Assembly: GCA_035544015.1 (NCBI GenBank)
Contig: DATKIP010000093.1
Coordinates: forward strand, 1,156 to 65,155
Direction of reading: 5' to 3'
DNA from: Candidatus Saccharimonadia bacterium
GTDB lineage: Bacteria; Patescibacteriota; Saccharimonadia; UBA4664
Length of the DNA stretch: 64,000 nt
Position 1 is the stretch's first letter, and every line of letters starts with the position of its first letter. The notes under the pieces are model-generated. The model was given only the letters and a program-made list of their open reading frames with translations. It was not told the origin of the DNA and did no database searches. The translations under genes and the position numbers were made by a program. Of the stretch, positions 54,550 through 64,000 are shown one piece after another.

Positions 54550-55411
54550 ACGCCGCAGCCTGCTGCTCATCCTCGGCTTCATCGTCTTCGTCGGCGGGCT
54601 CGATTGGCTGTTTTCGCGCCTGCTGCACCAGCCGGCCGCCTTCATCCCCATCCTGATCGTGGCCGTCATCTACGCCGGCGTTTCATACTTCTTCTCGGCT
54701 CAGATCGCGCTCTCGATGAGCGGCGCCCGCGAGGTCCAGAAAAAAGACGCCCCCCAGCTGTACCGATTGGTCGAAAACCTCACCATCGCCGCCGGCCTGC
54801 CCACGCCCAAGGTCTACATTATTGAAGACGCCTCGCCCAATGCCTTTGCCACCGGCCGCGATCCGCAACACGCCGTGGTCGCCGTCACCACCGGCATCCT
54901 CGAGCGCCTCGAAAAAACCGAGCTCGAAGGCGTGCTCGCCCACGAGCTCAGCCATGTTGGCAACTACGACATCCGCTTCATGGCGTTGGTGACCGCCCTC
55001 GTGGCGGTAGTGTCGGTGATTTCCGACCTCCTGCTGCGGCTGTCGTTTTGGGGCGGCGGAGACGACGATGAAGGCGGCGGCAACAACAACGGCCTGCTCA
55101 TCATCCTCAGCATCGTCGGCGCCATTCTCGCGCCGCTGGTAGCCGCCGTCATTCAGTTTGCCGTCTCCCGCCAGCGCGAATACCTGGCCGACTCGTCCGG
55201 CGCGCTGCTCACGCGCTACCCCGAAGGCCTCGCGCGGGCTCTCGAAAAAATTTCTGCCGACCCCCAACCCATGCAGCATGCCAATTCTGCCACCGCTCCG
55301 CTCTACATCTCCAATCCCCTCAAGGGCCGCAGTCTCGCCGGCCTCTTCGACACCCATCCGCCCATCGCCGACCGTATCAAACGCTTGCGAGAAATGGAGA
55401 CCAAACAATGA
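54524..55411 (+). CDS. htpX: M48 family zinc metalloprotease HtpX
   Basis: PNAFATG, GVLAHELSH, SRQREYLAD, THPPIADRI. Confidence 0.95.
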   Translation: MYTQIASNKRRSLLLILGFIVFVGGLDWLFSRLLHQPAAFIPILIVAVIYAGVSYFFSAQIALSMSGAREVQKKDAPQLYRLVENLTIAAGLPTPKVYIIEDASPNAFATGRDPQHAVVAVTTGILERLEKTELEGVLAHELSHVGNYDIRFMALVTALVAVVSVISDLLLRLSFWGGGDDDEGGGNNNGLLIILSIVGAILAPLVAAVIQFAVSRQREYLADSSGALLTRYPEGLARALEKISADPQPMQHANSATAPLYISNPLKGRSLAGLFDTHPPIADRIKRLREMETKQ

Positions 55412-56199
55412 CAACCCGCCGCGCCGCCCGCTCAAAGCCCGCTAAGTCCACCGGCGCCTGGAAGCTGTGGGTCGCCGCGGTGGCCGACATGCGCACCCAA
55501 TGGAAACGCTACCTCGCTATTCTTGCCGTCGTCACCGTCCCCCTCAATCTGTTCAACTTATTTCCTGGCCTCGCCACCGACAGCACCTTCAATCTCGCTA
55601 CCCAAATCGCCGCCGTCATCATGAACGTAGCGCTCATCTGGGCTATCGTCGAGTTTGAACGCACTGGCGTCACACCTGGCATCGGCGCCGCATACTACGA
55701 CGGTTCGGTCGCCATCGTACGCTTTCTCATGAGTGCACTGTTGCTCGTGCTTATGCTCGTGCCCGCCGCCTTTGCGGCCACGCTCTACATCATCGGCTTC
55801 CTGGCGGTCAGCGACGCCGGCACCATTGCCGAACAGCTCATCCTCGCCTCCATTTGCCTGCTCATCGCCGCGGTCAGTGGCTGGTGGATGGTGCGTTTCG
55901 GCTTGGCGCCCACCATCGCCGTGGCCGAAGGCGCCCGGCCGCTCGCCGCACTGCGCCGCTCGCGCCGACTCACCCTCGGCCGGTTTTGGCGCGTGTTCAG
56001 CCGCTATGCCGCCCTGGTATTCTTCATTGCCGTCACGGCTGTACCCATCGCGCTCGTCACCGCGGGGCTGTCGTATCTGAAGCTCGGCCCCATTCCTACC
56101 ATTTTCTTCGGGCTCGCCACCACCTTTACGGCCTTACCACTATTGAATCTCTATCTCCTCAAGCTCTACCGCAGCCTCGAATCCACCATTAAGGCATAA
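55408..56199 (+). CDS. multi-pass membrane protein
   Basis: About 6 TM; ALRRSRRLTLGRFWRV motif. Confidence 0.75.
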   Translation: MTTRRAARSKPAKSTGAWKLWVAAVADMRTQWKRYLAILAVVTVPLNLFNLFPGLATDSTFNLATQIAAVIMNVALIWAIVEFERTGVTPGIGAAYYDGSVAIVRFLMSALLLVLMLVPAAFAATLYIIGFLAVSDAGTIAEQLILASICLLIAAVSGWWMVRFGLAPTIAVAEGARPLAALRRSRRLTLGRFWRVFSRYAALVFFIAVTAVPIALVTAGLSYLKLGPIPTIFFGLATTFTALPLLNLYLLKLYRSLESTIKA

Positions 56200-56236
56200 A
56201 AACACCGGACTGCGCCACGCAGGGTATAATCATCAC

Positions 56237-58261
56237 ATGACCCACCAGCAAGCCCACGACCGCCTGGCCAAACTCCGCGATCAGATCAATGACTACCGCT
56301 ACCACTATCACGTGCTCAATGAGAGCATCATGAGTGAAGCCGCGGCCGACTCGCTCAAACACGAATTATCCCAACTCGAAGCCAAATTCCCCGACCTCAT
56401 CACCCCCGACAGCCCCACCCAGCGCGTGGCCGGCAAGCCCTCGGACCGCTTCGCCAAAGTCCGCCACTCGGTCCCCATGATCAGCCTCAATGATGTTTTC
56501 AGCCGCGACGAGGTCGAAGCCTGGGCCGATCGCATCAACAAGCTCACCCCCGGCGCCACTACCGAGCTCTTCGCCGACACCAAAATGGATGGGTTCGCCT
56601 GCGCGCTGGTGTACCAAGACGGTGCACTCACCCAAGCCGTTACCCGCGGCGACGGGCAAGTGGGGGAGGACGTCACCATGAACGTCCGCACGATCGAGTC
56701 CGTGCCGCTGCGCCTGCGCGCGTCCAAGGATCACGCCGCATTCCTGCGCGGCCGCACCGAAATCCGCGGCGAGATCGTCATGCTCAAAAAAGACTTCGAG
56801 GCCCTAAACATTGCCAACACCGAAGCCGGCCGCCCGCTGTTTGCCAACCCCCGCAACACCGCCGCCGGCACCATCCGCCAGCTCGATCCGGCGCTGGTGG
56901 CCGCGCGTCCGCTCACGTTCTTCGCTTACGACCTCCTGCGCGACGATCCCGCCGAGGTGCCCACCTACGCCTTCGCCTATGACACCATCCGGGCGCTCGG
57001 CATCAGCACGGGCCGCCACGCCACCACCTTCACCACCCTCGACGGCCTCATGCAGTTCATCGATCACTGGTCCGAGGCCCGTGCCCAGCTGCCCTTTGGC
57101 ACCGACGGCATCGTGGTGAAGGTCAACGACCGCGCCGTCTACCGTGCTCTCGGCGTGGTTGGCAAGGCCCCGCGTGCCGCCGTGGCCTACAAGTACCCGG
57201 CCGAGGAAGCCACCACCGTGATCAAAGATATCGTGCTCTCGATCGGCCGCACCGGCGCCGCCACCCCCATCGCCACTTTCGACCCCGTGGTGGTTGCCGG
57301 CACCACCGTGACTCACGCCAGCCTCCACAACGCCGACGAAATCGCCCGCCTCGATGTGCGGGTAGGGGACACCGTCATCATCTACAAAGCCGGCGATATT
57401 ATCCCCAAAGTACTCCAATCGCTCCCCAAGCTCCGCCCGAAATCAGCCAAACCCTTCGACATGGAGGCCGAGCTCGCCCGCCAGTATCCCGAGCTCGAGT
57501 TTGTGCGCCCCGAAGGCGAAGTGGTCTACCGCCTCGCCAATGCCTCCGGCCCGCTCCTGCTCAAAAAAGCCGTCGAGCATTATGCCAGCAAGGGCGCCCT
57601 CGACATCGACACCCTCGGTGAAAAAAACGTCATCACACTCGTCGACGCCGGCCTCGTCCAAGACCCCGCCGACATCTACGCCGTCACCAAAGACCAGCTC
57701 CTAGAGCTTGATCGTTTTGCCGACATCTCGGCCACCAAGCTCACCGACGCGATCGGGCGCGCCAAAACCCCCGAGCTCCCGCGCTTCATCTACGCCCTCG
57801 GCATCCGCCACGTCGGCCAGCAAACCGCCGTCGACCTCGCCGAGCACTTCGGCACCCTCGAAGCCCTGCAAAACGCCACCCTCGAAGACCTCGACGCCAT
57901 CGACGGCATCGGCCATGTCGTCGCCGAGAGCGTGCTAGCCTACTTCGCCGACGACGACAACGCCGCCCTCCTCCGCAAATTCCATTCCCTCGGCGTCAAT
58001 CCCCAGACCTACCACAAAACCACCGGCCCCCTCACCGGCGTCAATTTCGTCATCACCGGCACCCTCGGCATGGGCTCCCGCGAAGAAGTCGCCGCCAAGC
58101 TCGTCGCCCTCGGCGCCAAAGAACAAAACTCCGTGAGCAAAGACACCACCTACCTCATCGTCGGCGAAAATCCAGGGGCTTCGAAGCTCGCAAAGGCGAA
58201 GAAGCTGGGGACGAAAACGTTGGATGAGTCGCAATTGCTTTCGATGTTGAAGGCAGATTAA
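56237..58261 (+). CDS. ligA: NAD-dependent DNA ligase
   Basis: KMDG adenylation motif, TRGDG, ANPRN, GRTG, AGDIIP, HhH, BRCT; Zn-finger Cys absent. Confidence 0.97.
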   Translation: MTHQQAHDRLAKLRDQINDYRYHYHVLNESIMSEAAADSLKHELSQLEAKFPDLITPDSPTQRVAGKPSDRFAKVRHSVPMISLNDVFSRDEVEAWADRINKLTPGATTELFADTKMDGFACALVYQDGALTQAVTRGDGQVGEDVTMNVRTIESVPLRLRASKDHAAFLRGRTEIRGEIVMLKKDFEALNIANTEAGRPLFANPRNTAAGTIRQLDPALVAARPLTFFAYDLLRDDPAEVPTYAFAYDTIRALGISTGRHATTFTTLDGLMQFIDHWSEARAQLPFGTDGIVVKVNDRAVYRALGVVGKAPRAAVAYKYPAEEATTVIKDIVLSIGRTGAATPIATFDPVVVAGTTVTHASLHNADEIARLDVRVGDTVIIYKAGDIIPKVLQSLPKLRPKSAKPFDMEAELARQYPELEFVRPEGEVVYRLANASGPLLLKKAVEHYASKGALDIDTLGEKNVITLVDAGLVQDPADIYAVTKDQLLELDRFADISATKLTDAIGRAKTPELPRFIYALGIRHVGQQTAVDLAEHFGTLEALQNATLEDLDAIDGIGHVVAESVLAYFADDDNAALLRKFHSLGVNPQTYHKTTGPLTGVNFVITGTLGMGSREEVAAKLVALGAKEQNSVSKDTTYLIVGENPGASKLAKAKKLGTKTLDESQLLSMLKAD

Positions 58262-58839
58262 TTAGCCTTTTTTGGTGCGTATTTATCGGTCAATATCTTC
58301 TTCGTGGTCTCACTAATATCTGAGGGTAGTCCGACGCGCATGAACAGTCGTGCAAAATTTTGCGCTAGATATTCCCTATAAGGAGAGATCAACTGGAGCT
58401 TTTCAGGATATTTACGGCAAAAGTTATCCAAATAACCAACCCTTACCGCGTAAATTCGACTTAAATCAACCACTAACGGCTCAGATGGATAGGCAGAAAT
58501 TTCGGTAGAAGCCAATACCGAGAACCGAGGGTATTTCCCATTCAGCAGATCAGAAAGCTTATTGCGATTTTTAAACTCTGTTTTTCCTTTAATAAAAATT
58601 GCTAATTCATAAACCGGACATAGTTGTACATAATCAACCTTGATCCTACCGGGCTGCAGATCACATGATTGTGTCATGAGTACGACATCCTTCTCGACCA
58701 CGTCCACATCAACGGTGGTATTACTAGCGTCGAGCGACACCTCTTCATCGAGAAGTTCAAGTATCGGGAGCTGGCGAAAAATATCCCCTTGTGATAGGGG
58801 TTCTGTCGTTGAAGCTAGTTGGTACCATTCTGACGCCAC
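58258..58839 (-). CDS. hypothetical protein, possibly PemK/MazF-like fold
   Basis: LSQGDIF...VLMTQSCDL...PYREYLAQNFARLFMRVGLP; low GC. Confidence 0.7.
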   Translation of the reverse strand: MASEWYQLASTTEPLSQGDIFRQLPILELLDEEVSLDASNTTVDVDVVEKDVVLMTQSCDLQPGRIKVDYVQLCPVYELAIFIKGKTEFKNRNKLSDLLNGKYPRFSVLASTEISAYPSEPLVVDLSRIYAVRVGYLDNFCRKYPEKLQLISPYREYLAQNFARLFMRVGLPSDISETTKKILTDKYAPKKAN

Positions 58840-58844
58840 GAAAT

Positions 58845-59162
58845 TTAGCCCAGCTCATTTTCATCAGAATGGTTAATGCGCGAAGGGCTGTCCTTGCGCC
58901 AGTGCTTAATATTCGCGATAAATTTTTTGCGCCGATTCGAATACCCCAAGGCTAGAGGGGCGGTGAGGATAAAACTCGAAGCTCCTCCGGTTAGCATTGA
59001 TGTCGCACTAAGGACATTCTGCGAAACCGAAGAAGTGGTCTGAAAACTAGGAGAAATTGAGAATGCCGGCAGCCCAACCAAGAGAACGGCGGAGGCAACG
59101 ACGGGTGCGCGCGGATATCTGAAGAACAAAAATGAACTGGCTGTTGTAGGTATCGCTTTCAT
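58845..59162 (-). CDS. low-complexity Ser-rich small protein
   Basis: ATGA-coupled to upstream gene, 5 nt before next gene. Confidence 0.55.
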   Translation of the reverse strand: MKAIPTTASSFLFFRYPRAPVVASAVLLVGLPAFSISPSFQTTSSVSQNVLSATSMLTGGASSFILTAPLALGYSNRRKKFIANIKHWRKDSPSRINHSDENELG

Positions 59163-59578
59163 TTTGCGATCTCCCCCGGAGGCGGCGACACTGCAAATAC
59201 TTTTGTACCAATAAGTGAGTCATTTATGGTAAAGTTTGCTCTATAATCACCGTAAACTGAAAATGTCAACGCCTGGACCGCGATAGCCCCCCCAATTTTT
59301 TGGCTCACGGCATCATGGGGGAGTTTTAGCGCATTAATTTGCAAATTTGTATCGAGGGGCTTACCATCCGGAGCAAGTATTTTAAGCTCAAGCTGAATGG
59401 GCAATTCGTTCTCGGAATCGTTGGTGAGGGATACGCTAAACGCAAAATACATTGCAGGTGCCGCTACGGGGAGGGTGTCTGCAAAGATGCGATCATACAG
59501 ATTAATGAGGCTCGCCTTGCCCTGTTCTCCGACAATTACGTTCTCGCACAAAAGCAAATATTCAGTAGTGTGTTTCAT
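59159..59578 (-). CDS. DUF6941-like beta-sandwich protein
   Basis: LLLCENV....GK.SLINLYDRI....P; IL.PDG; F..YGDY. Confidence 0.7.
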   Translation of the reverse strand: MKHTTEYLLLCENVIVGEQGKASLINLYDRIFADTLPVAAPAMYFAFSVSLTNDSENELPIQLELKILAPDGKPLDTNLQINALKLPHDAVSQKIGGAIAVQALTFSVYGDYRANFTINDSLIGTKVFAVSPPPGEIAK

Positions 59579-59693
59579 AGTACAAGTAATTATACACGCG
59601 CTAATTGTAAAGAGATATTGATGTTGCCTATAAATAAGCCGGGCAGGTGCGAACAAGTCCTCTGCACGTTTCTCGCAGATAGGCACATCTTAA

Positions 59694-60098
59694 CTACTCG
59701 CAGGCCACGCCATCGCCGTCACGATCCAGCCCATATTTGTCGTACCCAATCACCGTCACCGGGCCGGCCACATAAGCTGGACCATTGCCGGAACCACCCG
59801 CACAATCAACATCGCTGGCTATGGGGACGCATCCCGAATAATTGGGGTCGCAGTTCGCAGCCGCGGCCGAAGTCGGCGCCGGTGCGGGGGTCGCAACGGG
59901 TGTCGCTGCCGGAGTGGCCGTTGGAGTAAGTGTCGGCGCCGGCGTAGCAGGAGCCGCCGTGGCCGCTGGCAATACCGTAGCCGCCAACGCCGCCGGTGTA
60001 GCCTCGGGCGCCGCCGGTTGCGGATTTGAAGCGGCAATTACCGCCGTAACACCAATAAGGCTTCCCAGACCAATGAGAAGCTTGCGTCGGATAGACAT
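59694..60098 (-). CDS. anchored protein with Pro/Ala/Thr linker and Excalibur-like Ca-binding domain
   Basis: CDPNYSGCVP..SDVDC...D.YGLDRDGDGVACE. Confidence 0.85.
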   Translation of the reverse strand: MSIRRKLLIGLGSLIGVTAVIAASNPQPAAPEATPAALAATVLPAATAAPATPAPTLTPTATPAATPVATPAPAPTSAAAANCDPNYSGCVPIASDVDCAGGSGNGPAYVAGPVTVIGYDKYGLDRDGDGVACE

Positions 60099-60215
60099 TT
60101 ACAAAACCCCAATTTTATTGAATTATTATACGCCTAAAGCGTAGGCATAGCGAATCTGGGCTTTAGGTGGGGATCGCCAGCAGACATTACGCCCAGCCCC
60201 TGCTAAAATACATCA

Positions 60216-61184
60216 ATGACCAATCACATCATCGAGGTTCGCGGCCTCCAAAAATCATACGGCAAGAACCACGTCCTGCGCGGGATAGACTTTACCATGG
60301 AGCGCGGCACCATGCTGGCGCTACTAGGTCCAAACGGCGCCGGCAAGACCACCACGGTGCGCATCCTGAGCACGCTGCTGCCGTTTGATGGCGGCACCAT
60401 CACGGTCGACGGGCACGATCTAGGGCGCGACCCCGAGGCCATTCGCCGCATCATTGGCCTCACCGGTCAGTCGGCAGCGGTCGACGAGCTGCTCACCGGC
60501 CGCGAAAACCTAGTAATGATGGGCCGCCTCTACCGCCTCACCACTGGCAGCGCCAAACTGCGCGCCCGCGAACTGCTCGAACAGTTCGATCTTGGCGAGT
60601 CTGCCGACCGCGTCGTCTCCACCTACTCCGGCGGCATGCGCCGGCGGCTTGACCTGGCCGTGAGCCTCATTGCCACGCCGCCGGTCATCTTCCTCGACGA
60701 GCCCACCACCGGCCTCGACCCCCGCTCGCGCATCGCGATGTGGGATATCATCAAGCGCCTGATGGAGCAGGGGATTAGCATTTTGCTCACCACCCAATAT
60801 CTGGAAGAAGCCGACCAGCTGGCCGACCGCATCATCGTTATTGACGACGGCCGAGTTATCGCCGAGGGCACGGCCGCGGAGCTCAAGAGCCAAGTGGGGC
60901 GCGACCGGCTTGAGCTCACATTTGCCGATGAAGCCACCACCAAGCAGGCGCTGAAGCTGCTCGGTAGCGCCTCGGCCGTCAAGCAAACCGACGACACCAC
61001 CCTCAGTATGGAGATAGGCGACGTCACCACCGACGTCAACCACACCCTCACCACGCTCGCCGGCGCCGGTATCAAAGTCTCGGAACTGGCAGTTCACAAG
61101 CCCACCCTCGACGACGTTTTCCTGAGTCTCACCGGCAAGGCCAAGGTCACCGAAACCGAAAAGAAACCAGAGAAGGTCAAATAA
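60216..61184 (+). CDS. ABC exporter ATP-binding protein (DrrA-like)
   Basis: GPNGAGKT, YSGGMRRRLD, FLDEPTTGLDP. Confidence 0.95.
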   Translation: MTNHIIEVRGLQKSYGKNHVLRGIDFTMERGTMLALLGPNGAGKTTTVRILSTLLPFDGGTITVDGHDLGRDPEAIRRIIGLTGQSAAVDELLTGRENLVMMGRLYRLTTGSAKLRARELLEQFDLGESADRVVSTYSGGMRRRLDLAVSLIATPPVIFLDEPTTGLDPRSRIAMWDIIKRLMEQGISILLTTQYLEEADQLADRIIVIDDGRVIAEGTAAELKSQVGRDRLELTFADEATTKQALKLLGSASAVKQTDDTTLSMEIGDVTTDVNHTLTTLAGAGIKVSELAVHKPTLDDVFLSLTGKAKVTETEKKPEKVK

Positions 61185-61999
61185 TGGCTACAACCACCAA
61201 ACTCGAATTCAACCGCAGCCCGCGCTGGGTCCTGGGCATTACCGACTCACTCATAATGATCGAGCGCTCCAGCCGCCACATCTTACGCAACCGCGACCAA
61301 CTCCTGGGTACGTTCTTCCAGCCCATCATGTTCCTGGTGCTGTTCGCCTCGGTCTTTGGCGGCGCTATCGAAAAAGCCCTGCCGCACGGCGTAAATTATC
61401 TTAGTTTCCTGCTGCCCGGCATCATCGTACAAACGCTGGCCTTCGGCTCCAGTACTACGGCCATCGCCATTTGCAATGACCTGGCCAAGGGTATTGTCGA
61501 CCGCTTCCGCTCGCTCCCCATGAACAATCTTGCCGTGCTCACCGGGCATGTTGTTTCCGACCTCTTCCGCAACGGCATATCCACCGTCGTGATGATCCTG
61601 GCCGGCCTCGTGATGGGCTTCCGTTCCAGCGCCGGCTTCACCGATTGGCTGCTCCTGGCCGGCCTGCTCATGCTGTTCACCCTGGCATTTTCCTGGCTAT
61701 CGGCCATCATGGGACTCTTTGCCAAGAGCGTCGAGGGCGTGCAATGGCTGTCGTTCCTGATCGTCTTCCCCTTCACGTTCGCCAGCACCGCCTTCGTGCC
61801 GGCCGAGGGCATGAACAAATATCTCAAGGTCTTCGCCGAAAACCAGCCCATCACGCACATCGTAGAAGCAGTGCGGGCACTCATGCTGGGCCGCCCCATT
61901 GGCGATCACGGCTGGCTGGCCGCCGTCTGGTGTGTCGCCATCCTCGCCGTATGCTTGCCGCTATCTTCCTGGCTCTTCCGCCGCCGGACCGCGCAGTAA
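61184..61999 (+). CDS. ABC-2 permease (DrrB-like)
   Basis: QPIMFLVLF..VFGG, DRFRSLPM, FAENQPIT. Confidence 0.93.
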   Translation: MATTTKLEFNRSPRWVLGITDSLIMIERSSRHILRNRDQLLGTFFQPIMFLVLFASVFGGAIEKALPHGVNYLSFLLPGIIVQTLAFGSSTTAIAICNDLAKGIVDRFRSLPMNNLAVLTGHVVSDLFRNGISTVVMILAGLVMGFRSSAGFTDWLLLAGLLMLFTLAFSWLSAIMGLFAKSVEGVQWLSFLIVFPFTFASTAFVPAEGMNKYLKVFAENQPITHIVEAVRALMLGRPIGDHGWLAAVWCVAILAVCLPLSSWLFRRRTAQ

Positions 62000-62002
62000 C
62001 CC

Positions 62003-63541
62003 CTAGCGCGCCGTCCCCACCTCATTAATCTGCGCCTGCGTCAGGGGTACCCAGGGCGAACTGTCGGCATTGGACGAAGCCGCCGCCGGACTCGCGCCCG
62101 TATTCCACCATTTGGCCTGGTAGGGCACGCCGCTAAAGAGCACGCGATCGCCGGTATTGTAGGGGGTAGTGCCCGCCCAATCCGGGTACGTCCCGGCTGG
62201 CAGCGTGAGCTGCGGTACCGGCTTTTCGCCCGGCAGCACCGGGCCCACGAGCTCCCAGGGTGTCTGCCAAGCCTGAAGTACCGGGTTGTCGGGCAGGTCA
62301 CCCTGCGTCCACCACTTAGCCGAATACACGTTGTGATGCCACACCACTTTCGTACCCTGCAGATACGCGCCGGCGGTCGACCAAATCTGATAAGGGCTCG
62401 TAGCCGGATCATCCGGCTTCTGAGCCGCTGCGGTGGCGTCCGGCGAGGTCACCACGCCGGCGTTTTGCGACAAACTGCCGTTGAATCCGGTGCTCAGCGA
62501 GGCGGCGTAGTCGCCCTTGCCTTGCTTCACGCCACTGCACGAGTCCGACACGACCTTCACATCCACATAATTGCCGCTGCATTCCAGGTCGCGATTGGCC
62601 GACCACATCGACATGCGGCCCAGTTTGTGCGATGAAGCGAAGGCGTTCAACCCCTTGGCGTCCTCGGGCGTCAGCACTTCCTCGGCCTCGTCGTTTTGGC
62701 CAATCATCGGCGTAGCGCCAATCTTCGACCACAGCGTCGCGCTGCTGAGCTGAATGCCGGCCCGCTGGTACAAAACGCCGAGCTGGCGCTGCACGCCGGT
62801 GAGGGCCTTTTCGGAGGCCGTCTGCATCGACTGGCCTTTCTCGAGACTCTGGCCATAATCCATCGTCATCACATTCACACCGGCCAGATCAACGCCTTTG
62901 GCGAGCAGCTGCGCCACCGCATTGGTGCCGTCTTCGCTCAGGCCCTGCGGCGTGGCCGGCAGCGTCACCCACACGGCCAAGGGCTTGCCGGCCGCGCGCC
63001 GCTCCGCCTGCAGTTTGGCGATCGCCGTGGCGCGGCGAGCACCGGCTTCAGCATCGGTAAGTCCCGATTGCTCAAGGTCCAGATCAATCGTACTAATGTC
63101 GTATTGGTTAATAACCGACGCGTAGGCCGCCTTCAGTTTGGTGGGATCAGTACAGCTCACGGCTAGTTCACTATTTTTCAGGCCGCCAAACGACACCGCC
63201 ACATCCCCGTCTTGCTGACGCAAGCGCTCGATACGCCGGTCGAGATCAAGCGAAGCGTTGGCCTGCGCCATCGTGTAGGCTCCACCCCACGACGGCGTGC
63301 AATCCGCCTGAGGCAGCGCTACCACAAACGACAGCACCGCCTCGCGGTTCGCGGTCGCACCCAGTTGCTCAAACGCAAATCGCGGCGACGCCGTGACGTC
63401 CACATAAGCCGCAAACCACGGCTTATGAACCGCCGCCGACCGCTCGGCGAGCCAGCGCTGGCCCGCGTAGGCACTGCCCACCACGACCCCCGCCACAATC
63501 AATAGACCCAGCATGACGCGCCACGGAGATAATCGCCTCAC
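62003..63541 (-). CDS. GH18 chitinase-like glycoside hydrolase with two CBM5/12 domains
   Basis: SFGG, IDLDLE (DxDxE), MTMDYG; AKWWT(Q/N) chitin-binding repeats; GTGA overlap with upstream gene. Confidence 0.88.
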   Translation of the reverse strand: MRRLSPWRVMLGLLIVAGVVVGSAYAGQRWLAERSAAVHKPWFAAYVDVTASPRFAFEQLGATANREAVLSFVVALPQADCTPSWGGAYTMAQANASLDLDRRIERLRQQDGDVAVSFGGLKNSELAVSCTDPTKLKAAYASVINQYDISTIDLDLEQSGLTDAEAGARRATAIAKLQAERRAAGKPLAVWVTLPATPQGLSEDGTNAVAQLLAKGVDLAGVNVMTMDYGQSLEKGQSMQTASEKALTGVQRQLGVLYQRAGIQLSSATLWSKIGATPMIGQNDEAEEVLTPEDAKGLNAFASSHKLGRMSMWSANRDLECSGNYVDVKVVSDSCSGVKQGKGDYAASLSTGFNGSLSQNAGVVTSPDATAAAQKPDDPATSPYQIWSTAGAYLQGTKVVWHHNVYSAKWWTQGDLPDNPVLQAWQTPWELVGPVLPGEKPVPQLTLPAGTYPDWAGTTPYNTGDRVLFSGVPYQAKWWNTGASPAAASSNADSSPWVPLTQAQINEVGTAR

Positions 63542-64000
63542 GACACCACCTCGCTCTGCTCGGTCAACGGCACCGTGCCCCGGGCGTCGCCATGGTACAG
63601 CACGGCTCGCCAATCCAGCCCCGCCTGGCCTTTGCCCGCGCCGGCGGCCGACTTCGGCTTCACCTCCACGTACATCCAGTCGGTCAGGCCGCGCCAGGTG
63701 TCGGCCAAAATGCTGAAAACACCGATGTAAGCCATGATCGCCCAGCCCGCCACTACCGCGTTAAAGCCCGCAAACGCCGCATTGCCCCAGTTGTGCGGTA
63801 CCACGTCGCGCCACAGCGTAAACACCGAGAAGCCCACAATCAGCAACGGCACGATCACATACAGCATTGGCGAAACCGTGCGGTTCTTCACCTTCGGCGT
63901 GCGCGCAAACGGAATCTTTTTGCCCGAGAGCGCCTGCTGAAGTGACTTCAGCACCCCGGCTAGGTTCACCGGCAGTAAGATCAAGTTGAAGCCGTAGATG
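63538..64000 (-). CDS. GT2 cellulose-synthase-like glycosyltransferase, C-terminal part (truncated by window end)
   Basis: NLILLPVNLAG..KS......K.PFARTPK followed by TM helices. Confidence 0.7.
   Translation of the reverse strand, partial: IYGFNLILLPVNLAGVLKSLQQALSGKKIPFARTPKVKNRTVSPMLYVIVPLLIVGFSVFTLWRDVVPHNWGNAAFAGFNAVVAGWAIMAYIGVFSILADTWRGLTDWMYVEVKPKSAAGAGKGQAGLDWRAVLYHGDARGTVPLTEQSEVVS

Overview
Bacterial chromosome segment, standard genetic code, GC-rich core with lower-GC accessory patches. Gene content (secG-oppA-like pair, lemA/htpX, ligA, type IV pilin, very large Thr/Gly/Ala-rich surface proteins) suggests a Patescibacteria/Saccharibacteria-like genome; this is inference, not proof. 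The window has 7 tRNA genes, a complete 3.9-kb IS1595-family element with passenger genes (terminal inverted repeats and 8-bp TSD visible), three WxL/DUF916-like surface-fibre modules, a 1648-aa adhesin-like protein and many small accessory genes. The most notable unexplained structures are: (1) a tandem array of small integrase-less gene cassettes stacked at the 3' end of tRNA-Leu(GAG), with junctions that repeat the tRNA 3' core GCGCACCA between conserved arms; (2) two covarying copies of a ~100-nt pseudoknot/antisense-type leader RNA plus a third structured RNA inside the IS1595 element; (3) a conserved ~100-bp two-hairpin module behind two highly diverged paralogs; (4) a low-GC three-gene operon resembling a toxin-antitoxin-chaperone module; (5) widespread leaderless gene starts. 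Family names come from recognising motifs by eye; no searches were run.
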